This document shows positions 12,310 through 23,289 of a stretch of DNA of 64,000 nucleotides, in pieces. The stretch is from the human T2T-CHM13v2.0 reference genome, Homo sapiens. Numbering within the stretch: position 1 is the first letter of the stretch; each line of letters begins with the position of its first letter. The notes beneath the pieces are model-generated. The model ran no database searches. It worked only from the letters and a program-made list of their open reading frames with translations, and was not told the DNA's origin. The position numbers and the translations under genes are program-made. The stretch is taken from the NCBI RefSeq assembly GCF_009914755.1, contig NC_060938.1; one strand, 5' to 3'.

Positions 12310-13431
12310 GTAAATCCTCCTGAAATATTGCAAGTCTTTACGTCTCCAGACTATTAAGAATGAAGAAGCATTGCTGTAAATTACTGCATATATTCACTTC
12401 CTTATGTATTATTAATATTTACATTATCAGATTGACCTTCAAGATTTATAAATGTTTCATATACTGCATACAATGCTGTGATACTTATAAGATGAAATAC
12501 TGCCTCCAAATGGTCTGTTCATTTTATTTTGGGCTGCCGTTTGCCTGAGTTTCAATTGAAATTACATTCTTGAAAACTTCACATTGACATGCTTTTTGAT
12601 GTAGGTGCTCTGGAAATAACATTAAGACAATGAATGAGAACTGTATATATAGTTATAATGCATACGCATTAGGGTACTTATAGATATCATTACAGATATA
12701 AGGCAAGCAGTCTAAATTATTTCCCTGCCGCTTCACACACAAGAACATTTTGCATGTTCTTTGCTGGTCTTTGCATTAGCAGAGTTTTTGGCCTTCAACC
12801 AATTCTTACCCCAGTATTAATATATTTATAAGGAACAGATTATAAATAAAAAATAGTTTTGTCATTTGGTTATACTTATCCTGATAATAGAAGACTGTAA
12901 GACAGGATACTTACAGTTTGGCTCTAGGTTTGAGCTTAGCACAGCTAAATAGGAAAAAGACAGTATTAATTGGATTTACTAATGTTAAAGACTGCCGTCT
13001 TAATTCTGGCCTATTTACTGTATTTCTCATTGAATTGACTTTACCTATTTCCATAGACAATTTTTATCATTATAAAGTCTCTACACAGATACACACAGAG
13101 CCTTTTATTTGGAATGTGAAACTGTAATGTTATTAATTTTTATACATTGTGATTTTTGTTCCTCATGTATTTTTTTAAGTCAATATACTGAGTCTAAATC
13201 AGTTTCCAAGCCAGTCATCTATGTGGTTATCACATTTTTGTGTCCTTATACCTCATGTTAAGAATTGCCTGTCTCTATTCTGAGTGACAAATGCTGATAT
13301 GGCAGGTGATGGTAATGGTCATTTAAAAATATTTATATTGTTTAAAATAGCCATCTAATTTACTAAATAAAAATAATGAGTAAAGATTCATTCAGGCCCA
13401 CAACTTCTGCTTTCCCCTCCTTTTGGAGAAG
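12310..13431 (+). other. AKAP6: Short AKAP6 intron (1122 nt, GT-AG)
   Basis: GT at 12310-12311 and AG at 13430-13431. Splicing recreates the Gly codon G|GA. Confidence 0.92.
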
Positions 13432-13595
13432 GACTGAAGGACATGCTGCGGATGATTGCAAGTCAATGGAAGGAGCTGCAGAGGCAAATCAAACGGCAGC
13501 ACAGCTGGATTCTCAGGGCTCTGGATACCATCAAAGCCGAGATACTGGCTACTGATGTGTCTGTGGAGGATGAGGAAGGGACTGGAAGCCCCAAG
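13432..13595 (+). CDS. AKAP6: AKAP6 internal coding exon (164 nt, phase 1 to 0; recalled as exon 7): (G)LKDMLRMIASQWKELQRQIKRQHSWILRALDTIKAEILATDVSVEDEEGTGSPK
   Basis: Pyrimidine tract CTTCTGCTTTCCCCTCCTTTT precedes GGAGAAG|, and the donor AAG|GTAAGT at 13596 is consensus. It overlaps ORF-track entry 13443..13646. The spectrin-repeat helix-C-like motif (QWKEL) is present. Confidence 0.95.
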
Positions 13596-14032
13596 GTAAG
13601 TGGCTTGAAGTTTGCCTTATTTCCTCTTATTTCTGTCTTCTTTTGAACTAGGCACCACTGAAGTTTTCTTTCCAACCCTAAGGCTTTTTGTTTCTACTGG
13701 GTAAACTTTATATCTCTCTCTATATATATATAAACAAAATGAAATGCCTTAGTTTAAAACAATAAAGCCTTCAACTTCCAAGTTTTCCAGGAAGAGGTCT
13801 TTTTTTGAAAAGTGGCAGGGTAGGTGGGGGACAGTACTTTAAGGGTGAGAGAAAGGGGGACATAAAACATTTAGTAAACAAAACATAAAGCATCTTTAAC
13901 ATGAATAATCAGAATGGTTTTAAATTGTTTTGTTGCAACTATAAATCACTATAATCAGTGCAATCACTCAGCTCTGACATCCATTAGCCGCTTGGTTACA
14001 GCAAATTAACAAAGAAGAGAGAAAGTGATTCA

Positions 14033-14078
14033 TTATCTCATTCCTGTTAATGACTATCAGATGCATTGCCTAATTAGG
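14033..14078. promoter_or_regulatory. Candidate muscle/cardiac enhancer core: GATA (TTATCT) + MCAT (CATTCCT) + palindromic CArG (CCTAATTAGG)
   Basis: Exact consensus motifs at 14033-14038, 14039-14045 and 14069-14078 in apparently non-repetitive DNA. Function is inferred only. Confidence 0.4.
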
Positions 14079-15057
14079 GGATGGTCATTGTAGTGGGAAG
14101 AAGGTCATATGCTTTGCTACAAATCTTTTTGCTCCAAGTGTGAGTTCTCCATAATGGTACAAGCACCGAATACAACAAGTACTTTAAAAATGAGTACTGA
14201 TGTGTTTTGGTTATTCATTTTAGTTGTCCAAAATAACCCATAAAACATATGCAATTGAACTTTAAATGAGGCACCTTTTGATACAGACTGGCACTGTTCT
14301 AAAGGTATCTTTGGGCTCATAATGTGGAAAATAATGTTATTAATTTGATATTTTCGTGTAATCACTCCTTTCTTTTGCATCTGCTCCTTTGTGGAAGTAA
14401 ACACAGAAAACCTGCCTCATAATAAATCCAGAATAAAACTTATTGTAACATGGGGGAAACATATTTAAGAGTTCATGGTTTTTATTCCTGGCTTGGACAA
14501 AGTAAGTAAATCATCATCAAGTCACATTTATTCAGCATCCATGTAGATTGGCATTGTGCTAAATGTATACACAGCAAGTTAAACAAATACTTTGCCCTCT
14601 TAGACTCACATTTTTAAATGCAGGCAGAGGAGAAACCCATCCAGCCCTGCAATGTTGAGACCCATGCAGCCAGTGAAAAGCTCAGACAATTTACAGCTTT
14701 TGAATCTCAAACAACGCCTTTAACTTATTTGTTGGAAACAGAGGATAGAATGATGAGCTCAGTTTCACTTAAAGAAACCTCCATGAAGAAGGTTGCATTT
14801 CAGGAAGTACTTGAAGGAAGGAGGAGAGGTGGCTTGGCACATGAGCACATATTTTAGGAAGTGATGTGATGAAAGGATCAAAGCTGGAACTAATAATGTA
14901 GAGTGGAGACTGTATTCAGCACATTTCTCAGGGCAAACTCGGAGCTATTTTAAGGAGTAGGCTGTAGGGAGAAGTTCACTGGGCTAATGCTTTGGCTGTG
15001 TGTGGAAGTAGGGAGAGGAAAGATGATAAGAAACGACACAGTTAAAAACTTGTTGTA

Positions 15058-15391
15058 GGAGGCTGAGGCAGGAGGATCACTTGAGGTCAGGAGTTTGAGA
15101 CCAGCCTGGGCAACATAGCAAGACCTTATCTCTGCAAAAAGTGAAAGATGAGCCAGGCATGGTGGCATGCACCTACAGTCCTAGTTACTCAGGAGGCTGA
15201 GACAGGAAGATTGCTTCAGCCCAGGAGTTTGAGGCTGCAGGGAGCTAGGATCACACCACTGCACTCCAACCTGGGCAACAGAGAGAGATCCTGTCTCTAA
15301 AAAACAAGTCAAAAATCTTAATTTTAGCTGGGTATGGTGACATGCGCCTATAATCTGAGCTACTCAGGAGGCTGAGTTGGGAAAATCACTT
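15058..15391 (+). mobile_element. 5'-truncated AluJ followed by an extra partial right monomer
   Basis: GGAGGCTGAGGCAGGAGGATCACTTGAGG...CCTGGGCAACATAGCAAGACC...CCTGTCTC (15058-15298), then TTAGCTGGGTATGGTGACATGCGCCTATAATC...GGAAAATCACTT (about 15324-15391). Confidence 0.85.
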
Positions 15392-15479
15392 TAAAAAAGC
15401 TTCATTGTATTTTGTTTATTTAACAAGAATACACTGAGGGCCTACTTTTTAAAAGCTATCCTGTGTTGGCTACATTTTA

Positions 15480-15690
15480 CATGCCAGATGCTATTCTATA
15501 GCACTTCTGTATTATGTCATTTAATTATCATGACAAATTTTTAAGTGGTTCTATTTTAATCCCCGATGGAGAAAAGGAGGGCAAAGAGAGGTTAGGTAAC
15601 TTCCTTAAGGTCGCACAGCTGCTAAGTAGCAGAGCTGGGAGCCCTTTGATCGCAGAGCCCGTGTTCATCACCACCTAGCATACTGCCTTT
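15480..15690 (-). mobile_element. MIR
   Basis: GAGAGGTTAGGTAACTTCCTTAAGGTCGCACAGCTGCTAAGTAGCAGAGCTGGGA is the antisense MIR core. Confidence 0.7.
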
Positions 15691-16459
15691 CACTGGCACT
15701 GCTCAGGGCCAAGTGTGGGACCAGGCGTTAGAGATGAACAGCTGGCTTCCGTGCCTGTCTCATGAAGCTTGTGGTGAAGTGTGAGCAACAGATTTTAATA
15801 ACTGCCTTTACAGATTGTGATGTGCCGTGAAAGGAAAGAAAAGGGAGTCACAAGAGGTTGGGCCAGGAGAAGTGATCTAGATTAGGGTATCAGGGAGGGA
15901 TTGTCATTCTGTGAACAGGCCAGTGTTGTTAGAAAGGGAGAAGTGTGCAAGGGAAGCTGGGTGCCCTGTTGTTGGACAAGGGGAGGCTTTTGGAGTAAGA
16001 AGAGAAGTGACATTATTGCGTTGCACTCTAAAAACCTCTTACTGGCTGTGGTATGGGACATGAGTGGGTGGGGTGGGATGAGTGGGGCTAGGGTGGGAGT
16101 ATGCCGAAGTGGACTGCAGAGATGGCACAATGACCTAAATTAATGAAAGAGCTATGTTGAAAAGGAGTACATTCACCAGGGCCAGTTTGAAGTGGACACT
16201 TTGAAATCACCTTATTGTTTAGGGAGGCATTGAGATAGAATGAAGTTGATAACACAGTGAGAAGGAGAAAGTATTATCAGAGGAGAAACATTGTCAGCAT
16301 TTCTCAAAAAGAGGACCTGCCTACCCAGGCTCTTCCTCAGACCATATCAGAACCTCATGGGTGGGGCCCCAGAATCTGCATTCCAATAAGCTCTTGGAGA
16401 ACCTCTATAATAGGCACCAAGAAGACCCTTTTCCTGCAGGGACTACATGATCCTCACCC

Positions 16460-16730
16460 AACGTGAATAAGAGAATGTCTGTTGCATTGTTACTTATAAT
16501 AGCAAACAATTGGCATCAACTGAAATGTTTAAAATAAGAATGGTTTGATTAAATTATGCTAAATTTCATTCTAATGAAATGTTATGGTTACATAACCATA
16601 AAAATAATGTTTTAGAAGAGAATTGGAAATACTGGAGGATACCTATGATATACAATGATATATTTTTGAGTATCTTTGAATTTTCCAAACCTCTCAACGA
16701 GCAAGAATTATTATAAATAAAAAAATAAGA
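16460..16730 (+). mobile_element. Old L1M fragment
   Basis: AGAATGTCTGTTGCATTGTTACTTATAATAGCAAACAATTGG...AACTGAAATGT resembles the L1M ORF2 end / 3'UTR. Confidence 0.55.
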
Positions 16731-17369
16731 ATACATTTAAAAATATAAGAATTAAAAAGTGATAAGAGGTAAAATAGGTGACGTTGGGCTAAGGGACTTG
16801 AGATATGAATTTAAATATCAAGAAGAAAAATAAATATATCTGGTTCTTAATGATTAAGGTGCCTTACTTCTTAAGAGAAAACCAAACAAAAACCCTCCAC
16901 TTACATTATTCCAAAAGTGAAAATACCTTGAGTCACATCAGCTTACCAAGAATAACATTCGTGCTTTCCTTTTTAATAGTATTTCTATTCTAGAGCATTT
17001 TCATGTCACATTATGTGCACAGCATAGTGCATCTAAAAGCAGCTACAAGGAGAGGCTTTTGTAGGTATCCGCAGATGCAGAAGTTGAAGGAGGCTCTGAG
17101 AGTTTGAGATCTTGACATGATTGAGCCAGCAAAACCCCAGGCCTCTACCTCCCAACTAGTTCTCTCTCCACAATCTTGGCTGAATTTTCTCTGGAAAAAT
17201 GAACTCATCCATACTCAAGGATGAATGTGAAATCAATTTAAGACAAAGAAAATATATTTATTAATTTAAGCTTAAGAAACTATGAAAAAATCAGAATGCT
17301 CATGCTTTCTATTTGTTTAATGTTTATGAACTGCTTCTTTTACTCCCTTGGGCAAACACATATAATAAT

Positions 17370-17600
17370 AATATAAAGGCTCAGATTCTGAAGCCAGACT
17401 GCTTGAGTTCAGTGATTGGCACTTACTAGCTGTGTGTTCCTGGGAAAATTATTTAACTTCCCTGTGCCTCCGTTTTCTCATTTATAAAATAGAGGTAATG
17501 ATAATATCTGCCTCAAAGGGTTGTGATACAGATTTAAAAGACTTGACATACCTAAAGTGCTTTAGAACAGCACCTAGCACATAGTAAATCCTAAGTAGGA
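17370..17600 (+). mobile_element. MIR (near full length)
   Basis: GATTCTGAAGCCAGACTGCTTGAGTTC...ACTTACTAGCTGTGTG...CTGTGCCTCCGTTTTCTCATTTATAAAATAG...AGAACAGCACCTAGCACATAGTAA follows the MIR consensus. Confidence 0.85.
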
Positions 17601-17625
17601 GTAAATATACAAGACTTCATTTTCT

Positions 17626-17918
17626 TGTTTTATTTACAGTTCTGGGTACATGTGCGGGATGTGCAAGTTTGTTACATAGGTAAACATGTGCCATAGTGAT
17701 TTGCTGCACCTATTAACCCATCACCTAGGTATTAAGCCCAGCATGCATTAGCTTTTTTTCCTGATGCTCTCCCCGCACCTGTCCCCTCACTGACAGGCCC
17801 CAGTGTGTGTTGTTTCCCTCCCTGGATCTATGTGTTCACATTGTTCAGCTCCCACTTATAAGTGAGAACATGTGGTGTTTGGTTTTCTGTTCCTGTGTTA
17901 GTTTGCTGAGGATAATGG
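17626..17918 (-). mobile_element. 5'-truncated L1PA (mid-age) 3' end with TSD
   Basis: TTCTGGGTACATGTGCGGGATGTGCAAGTTTGTTACATAGGTAAAC...CCCACTTATAAGTGAGAACATGTGG. The 17-nt TSD is ACAAG(A/C)CTTCATTTTCT at 17609-17625 and 17919-17935. Confidence 0.9.
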
Positions 17919-20900
17919 ACAAGCCTTCATTTTCTAGAGACAAATAATTTTAATAAATTATAAATAATAGACAAATATTATAATGGATCTGATAAATACT
18001 CTGATAGAGATAGGAACAAAGTGCTATAAATACACTGAGAAGGAAATAACTAACCCTACCTTGGGCTATCAAAGAACAATTTACAGGGAGGCATTCTTGT
18101 TTTAAATGAAAGGTAGACAGGATTTTTGCCAAGGTGAAAATAATGGGCAGAGAGAATAGCATATACAAAGATAGAGAGGTGTAAAAACTGTGGTGTGGCT
18201 GGAACCTGGGACCTTGTTGCAGATGATGAGTAGGCCAGCCTGCCACAGACTGCACCAAGACGTAACAATGTGACAAAAAATGATCCTTAATGATCAGTGA
18301 TTTGACAATAATTCCTCCTATGTCTCTATTAATATAATCCAAGCCAGAGTGAGGTCTCTATACACAATAAACCTGAACATATTGTTTAAGCCAAAATTTT
18401 TATTGTCATATTGCAATAAATCGAGCAAGCTTAAATAGGTTACCCTGAAGTTCTCCATGACTAAAAGCTGGATTTGGCTTCTTAGCCATTATGTCAGTCC
18501 TCTTTCCATGACGTGACCTTGCACAGGTCATGTACAAATTGTGCCATGAAATGCATCTCCAAGCACAGCAGTTATGATCATCTATTTCATCTTAGACCTA
18601 AAGAGGAATTAAAATTAAAACATGATAATACATAACTCCAGAATTCATCTTAGGTTTACTTCAGAAGCTACTGGGAGCTTGAGAAGCATAATAGAAAATC
18701 TAAGGAATATATCTAGGGGGTATTTTTCTTTTTTACCTTGTTTGAGAGACTGCAGAAAAGGACTTGGTTTTAGAAATCTTGTAAAGAAGGAGGATAGGAG
18801 GAAATTCAAAGACTCTGGGAAACTTCTCCCCTAGGACTCAGCAGCATACCTTATTTGTTGTATTTCATTTTTTAAAAAAGTGTTTTCCCAGGACTGTGAG
18901 ATCTTTTATACATGGAAATAGAGAATAGAATTCACCAGTTCTAGAAATAGAGCTTCAGCACTCACATCTAAGAATTGAAAATATGCTTATAATTATATAT
19001 TTTTACTTTAAGATAGATTGGTGAAAGTTTATCACTTCAGATTAGGCTTTCAGTATGTTCAATTTTTTAATGGTCTACAGCTGGAGGGATTTCAAAACAT
19101 AGTGAACAACACCTAACAAAAGCTACATTTTTTTGACCTTTCAAGGCAAAAAACAAAAAATCTGAAAGCAAGAAAGCATCTTTAAATTTTATACATTGTC
19201 TCCTTTAAAATGTTCTTATCTTCTCTTTCTTTACTTTTCACTTACGAAGCATGCATTATTACAGGTGTCTTATAATGGAGACCAGGATTTCCCCCTATGA
19301 CTTATCCAACCTTACATCACTGAAAGCATGCAACAACAGTTCCTTCACCCTTTTTAAAGAAACAGATAAGTTTCCAGAACAAAGAATATTTGAAGATTTT
19401 ATTGTAAATTCAGAAAACTTTACAGCTACTACGAGGATGACCTAGCCTGAGTCCCAACTAACATCTTCATTTCTTTAGTGAAAGGAGACAGAGAGTTAGC
19501 TGCTTTGAACTCTAGGATTGTGCTCATTTTATCTGTCTTCTTTGAGGCTCTTAGATTGAAGTCATCTTCCTTTGGAAATGGATATCAGACTATGAAGGTC
19601 ATCAATGTTATCTGTTCAACAATAACAGAACAGCAAGCTTAAGGATATTCCTGATATATGTTTGCTCAGCCCTATGAATGAAAGTGTTAGATATTGGCTG
19701 AGAATTTACATCTATGTGGCCTTTGACTTGGGTATATTGCTTACAATATACCCAACTGACCTTTATTTAGATGTCAAGAGAGGGCAAGTCTAGTGTTAGC
19801 ATGTGTTTTTGTTTGTTTGTTTACCAGATGCCCAAGTCTTAACCCAGTATCTATGCTAATGAATTATGGGTAACTTTCTTTAACTGAAGGGGTATAAAGG
19901 AGTCGATCTGGGGAGCTTCTTGGCAAGATGTTTTGGGTAAGAGCGCAACTGGCTAATATTTTCTTAGAATAGAACTTGATCCTGATTCTTCCACAGCATT
20001 GGTGAGACAAAGTATTGGATCTGCATTCTTTTCTTTTCTGGCTCAGAAGCTTATGTAGTTAGCATGTTCCTTAATATAAGATCTTCCGAAACAGTGCTAA
20101 TGCAATCAATGGGAACTGCATTTATGTGTCGTCAGTCCCACATATACTGATGCACATATTTGTAAGGAACTGCTTGAGACACTTTGCTGTCTTCCTCATG
20201 CAAACAAGAGCACAGGTATATGTTATCGAAAGAAACCAGAAATGATCTAGTAAGACTAAATTGTGCCTAAAGTAATGGAAAGAAAAACAGCAGGCCAAGG
20301 CCTGGCCATTATTTATTGAGTGCTGACAGAGAACTCTGCACTCTGCCCAGTGCCAGGCCAGACATGAGAGAAGACATGCTTTTCTGCTTAGTGGTCTTAT
20401 CATTTCAGTGTAAGCACATAGTGTAACAACTTGTCTAATGTATTTTGGGCTATCTGAGATCTAGAATAATAGATTACCTAAGATTCAGATCATCTTAATT
20501 AGGATGTTAGCAGATTGAAATGGAATGGGGTTCTTGATGCAAGCAAATGAGTAGTAAATACATTATCAATTCTACCTCTTCTGTGCAGAAATATTTCTAA
20601 AAGCCAGTATCCGATCTGGTTCCTTTCCTGCTGAACTATATAAACATAGTCCTGATTTGCAGTACCTAGGGAGAACTCTTTCTGCTACTGTGGATTTTTC
20701 AATAGCCCCTTTTTTTCGTTATCAGAAGGGCAACTTTTCTTCAAAAATATTTTTTGAAAGACAGAAACAAAAGTGAGTTACTTCTTTGAAGATCAGTGTG
20801 GTTACTAAGTTTGTTATCGAATCCAATAGAAAATAGTTTCTCTAATCTCCTTGAAGCACTTAAATTTGCATATTATAAGATGTATGGGTGGATCTAAGAT

Positions 20901-21027
20901 GAGGAATTTTTTAATGGTCTGCCACTCTCTTGAGATGACTGAAAAAAATGGTTGGGAAAATAAAAATATACACTAGGTCAAAGGACAGCTAATGTTCTTG
21001 GTCTATATAGTGTATAAGAGCATAGCA

Positions 21028-21388
<361 letters not shown>

Positions 21389-22660
21389 TCAGCAAGAATC
21401 TGGGAGTAAAATTCTTTGGTGTCTCTAATCAACACAGGGAAAAGTCATTGACAGGAATAGGTAGCTTACTTTTTTCCTATTTAGTCCAAGAATGCCTAAT
21501 CTCTGAATCTGCAATAACTAAAGTTGAAAAGATGCTTGGTATTGTTTACAAACTTACAGTCTGTGGAAAGCAGCCATTTTTATTGGCAGATCTCACATTT
21601 TGTACCTCAGTCTGATCAATTTTAAATATAATATAGAGTAAACACATTAGAAGCATTTTGTGCTAGGTAGTGGAGGTCAAACATTTTAAAAATCTATTAA
21701 TGTAAGTATTTAAGCACAAAAAAAGAAGGCAAAATACAGAATTGCTTCTAAAAAACACTTTAAAACTAATAAGTAAATTCTTTGAAAGTGTGAAACAATT
21801 ACCTCAGTGTGTGACTTACACTTTTTCCTGGAATGTGTTGTTTCTGGCAGGGGAGCAGGCTGAGCTGGGAGAGCCCTGCCTGCTAAAGGGATTACTCCGC
21901 TCTGGCTTTTGGGTTTATTGAGTCATCTAGGCCTTCTTATTAAATGGCAGCTTTCAAATGTACACACACCTGCACTCAGCACCCTAAATACTCCAAATGC
22001 TTGTTTAACTTTTCTCACACCCAGAGTACCTCTCCCATCTAGTGTAGTCAAATGGCATTGAGTTGTCCACATTTTGCTTGTTCTTTCTCTTTGGAATTCA
22101 GTTGGAATATACCCATTTATGTGGTTGTGATGCTGCCAGAGACAGAGTGTTTTTTAAGGTACTGTACTGCTCTTTGCTCTGTACTCAGAGAACATTCCCA
22201 GTCTTAGCTCCCACTGTGCCTAAATGAAGGTTTATGTTTCTCAGGAAACATTAACTAGATTGGAGGTCCCGCCGGGCAGAGCTCAGGGACCATCTCACTG
22301 CAGGTTCCAGGCCATTTTGCATTGGACTGGGGCAGTGGCTTCTCATTTTTATACTCATTTGGCCTGCAGAGGCCAACACTTGTTTAGCTTTGCCTCCTGC
22401 AGAGCTCAGCAAGGTTGTGGACCTCCCTGAGTGAGAAGAGGGAGAGGGAAAAAAGGAAGCCTAAATCAAGACACTAAGACAAAAGAAAAGAGAGACTAGA
22501 AAGAAGAGAGTGAAGGAACAGAGGAGAAAGATTAAAGAACGAAGCATGTGTCCAGTGAAATGTGGTAGAAGCTAAAAAACATTGCCTCAGCTGTCTTTAG
22601 GGGCATTGGTTCCACAGGCTGCCCAAGTCTGTTTCATGGACCTTAGTGTATTCATGAGGT

Positions 22661-22682
22661 CTCTCTCTCTCTCTCTCTCTCT

Positions 22683-22723
<41 letters not shown>
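22661..22723. repeat. Compound microsatellite (CT)11-G-(AC)20
   Basis: Directly visible in the sequence. Confidence 0.97.
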
Positions 22724-22726
<3 letters not shown>

Positions 22727-23289
22727 CATTCCTTTCTCAGTCTCTGGAAATCAAAAGCAGAAAAACTTTCTTTACTTTTGACATCTTAGATATTATTGTG
22801 TAACCATTGTGTGTGGGTGTGTTTATATAACATATTCTATTAATGCGGTTAGCACTCACAACGGGCTTACTATAGTTTAGGTTCATGTAAAGCCTTTTAC
22901 CTGGGTGTGCTTGTTCATTCTTCCCAACAATGCCAGGAGTCCTAACTCCTATTATTACTTTCCCTTTACTGACAAAAAAACTTAGGTTCCAAACGGAGTA
23001 GATAATCATTGAGAGAGTCTTCTTAGACACCCTCCATAACAAGGGAAAGGACAAACTTCTTAGCCCATCATTTGATTCTAGCTGCTTAGTTAAGATTTGT
23101 GTCAATGTTTTATTTCTTAATTCTTCTAGTTTACCCACCCTTTTCCAAATGTATTTTTCCTTTTCTTTGTTCTTTGCTCTTGCTCATGGCTTTTCTCATT
23201 CCCTCCATCTATACTGCTTTTATTCATCCTTAGAATAGATAAATATTTAAAATGTAACTACAACATGATGATGTAGCTCTGGACAGGAT

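Noticed and set aside
13463-13675. 70-aa antisense ORF over the exon
   Set aside because: It is a shadow of the sense coding exon with no independent support.
18509-18530. TGACGTGA plus everted TGACCT-N5-AGGTCA element
   Set aside because: It resembles the decayed MIR core GTGACCTTGGGCAAGTCA, and ER5 spacing has no well-established receptor.
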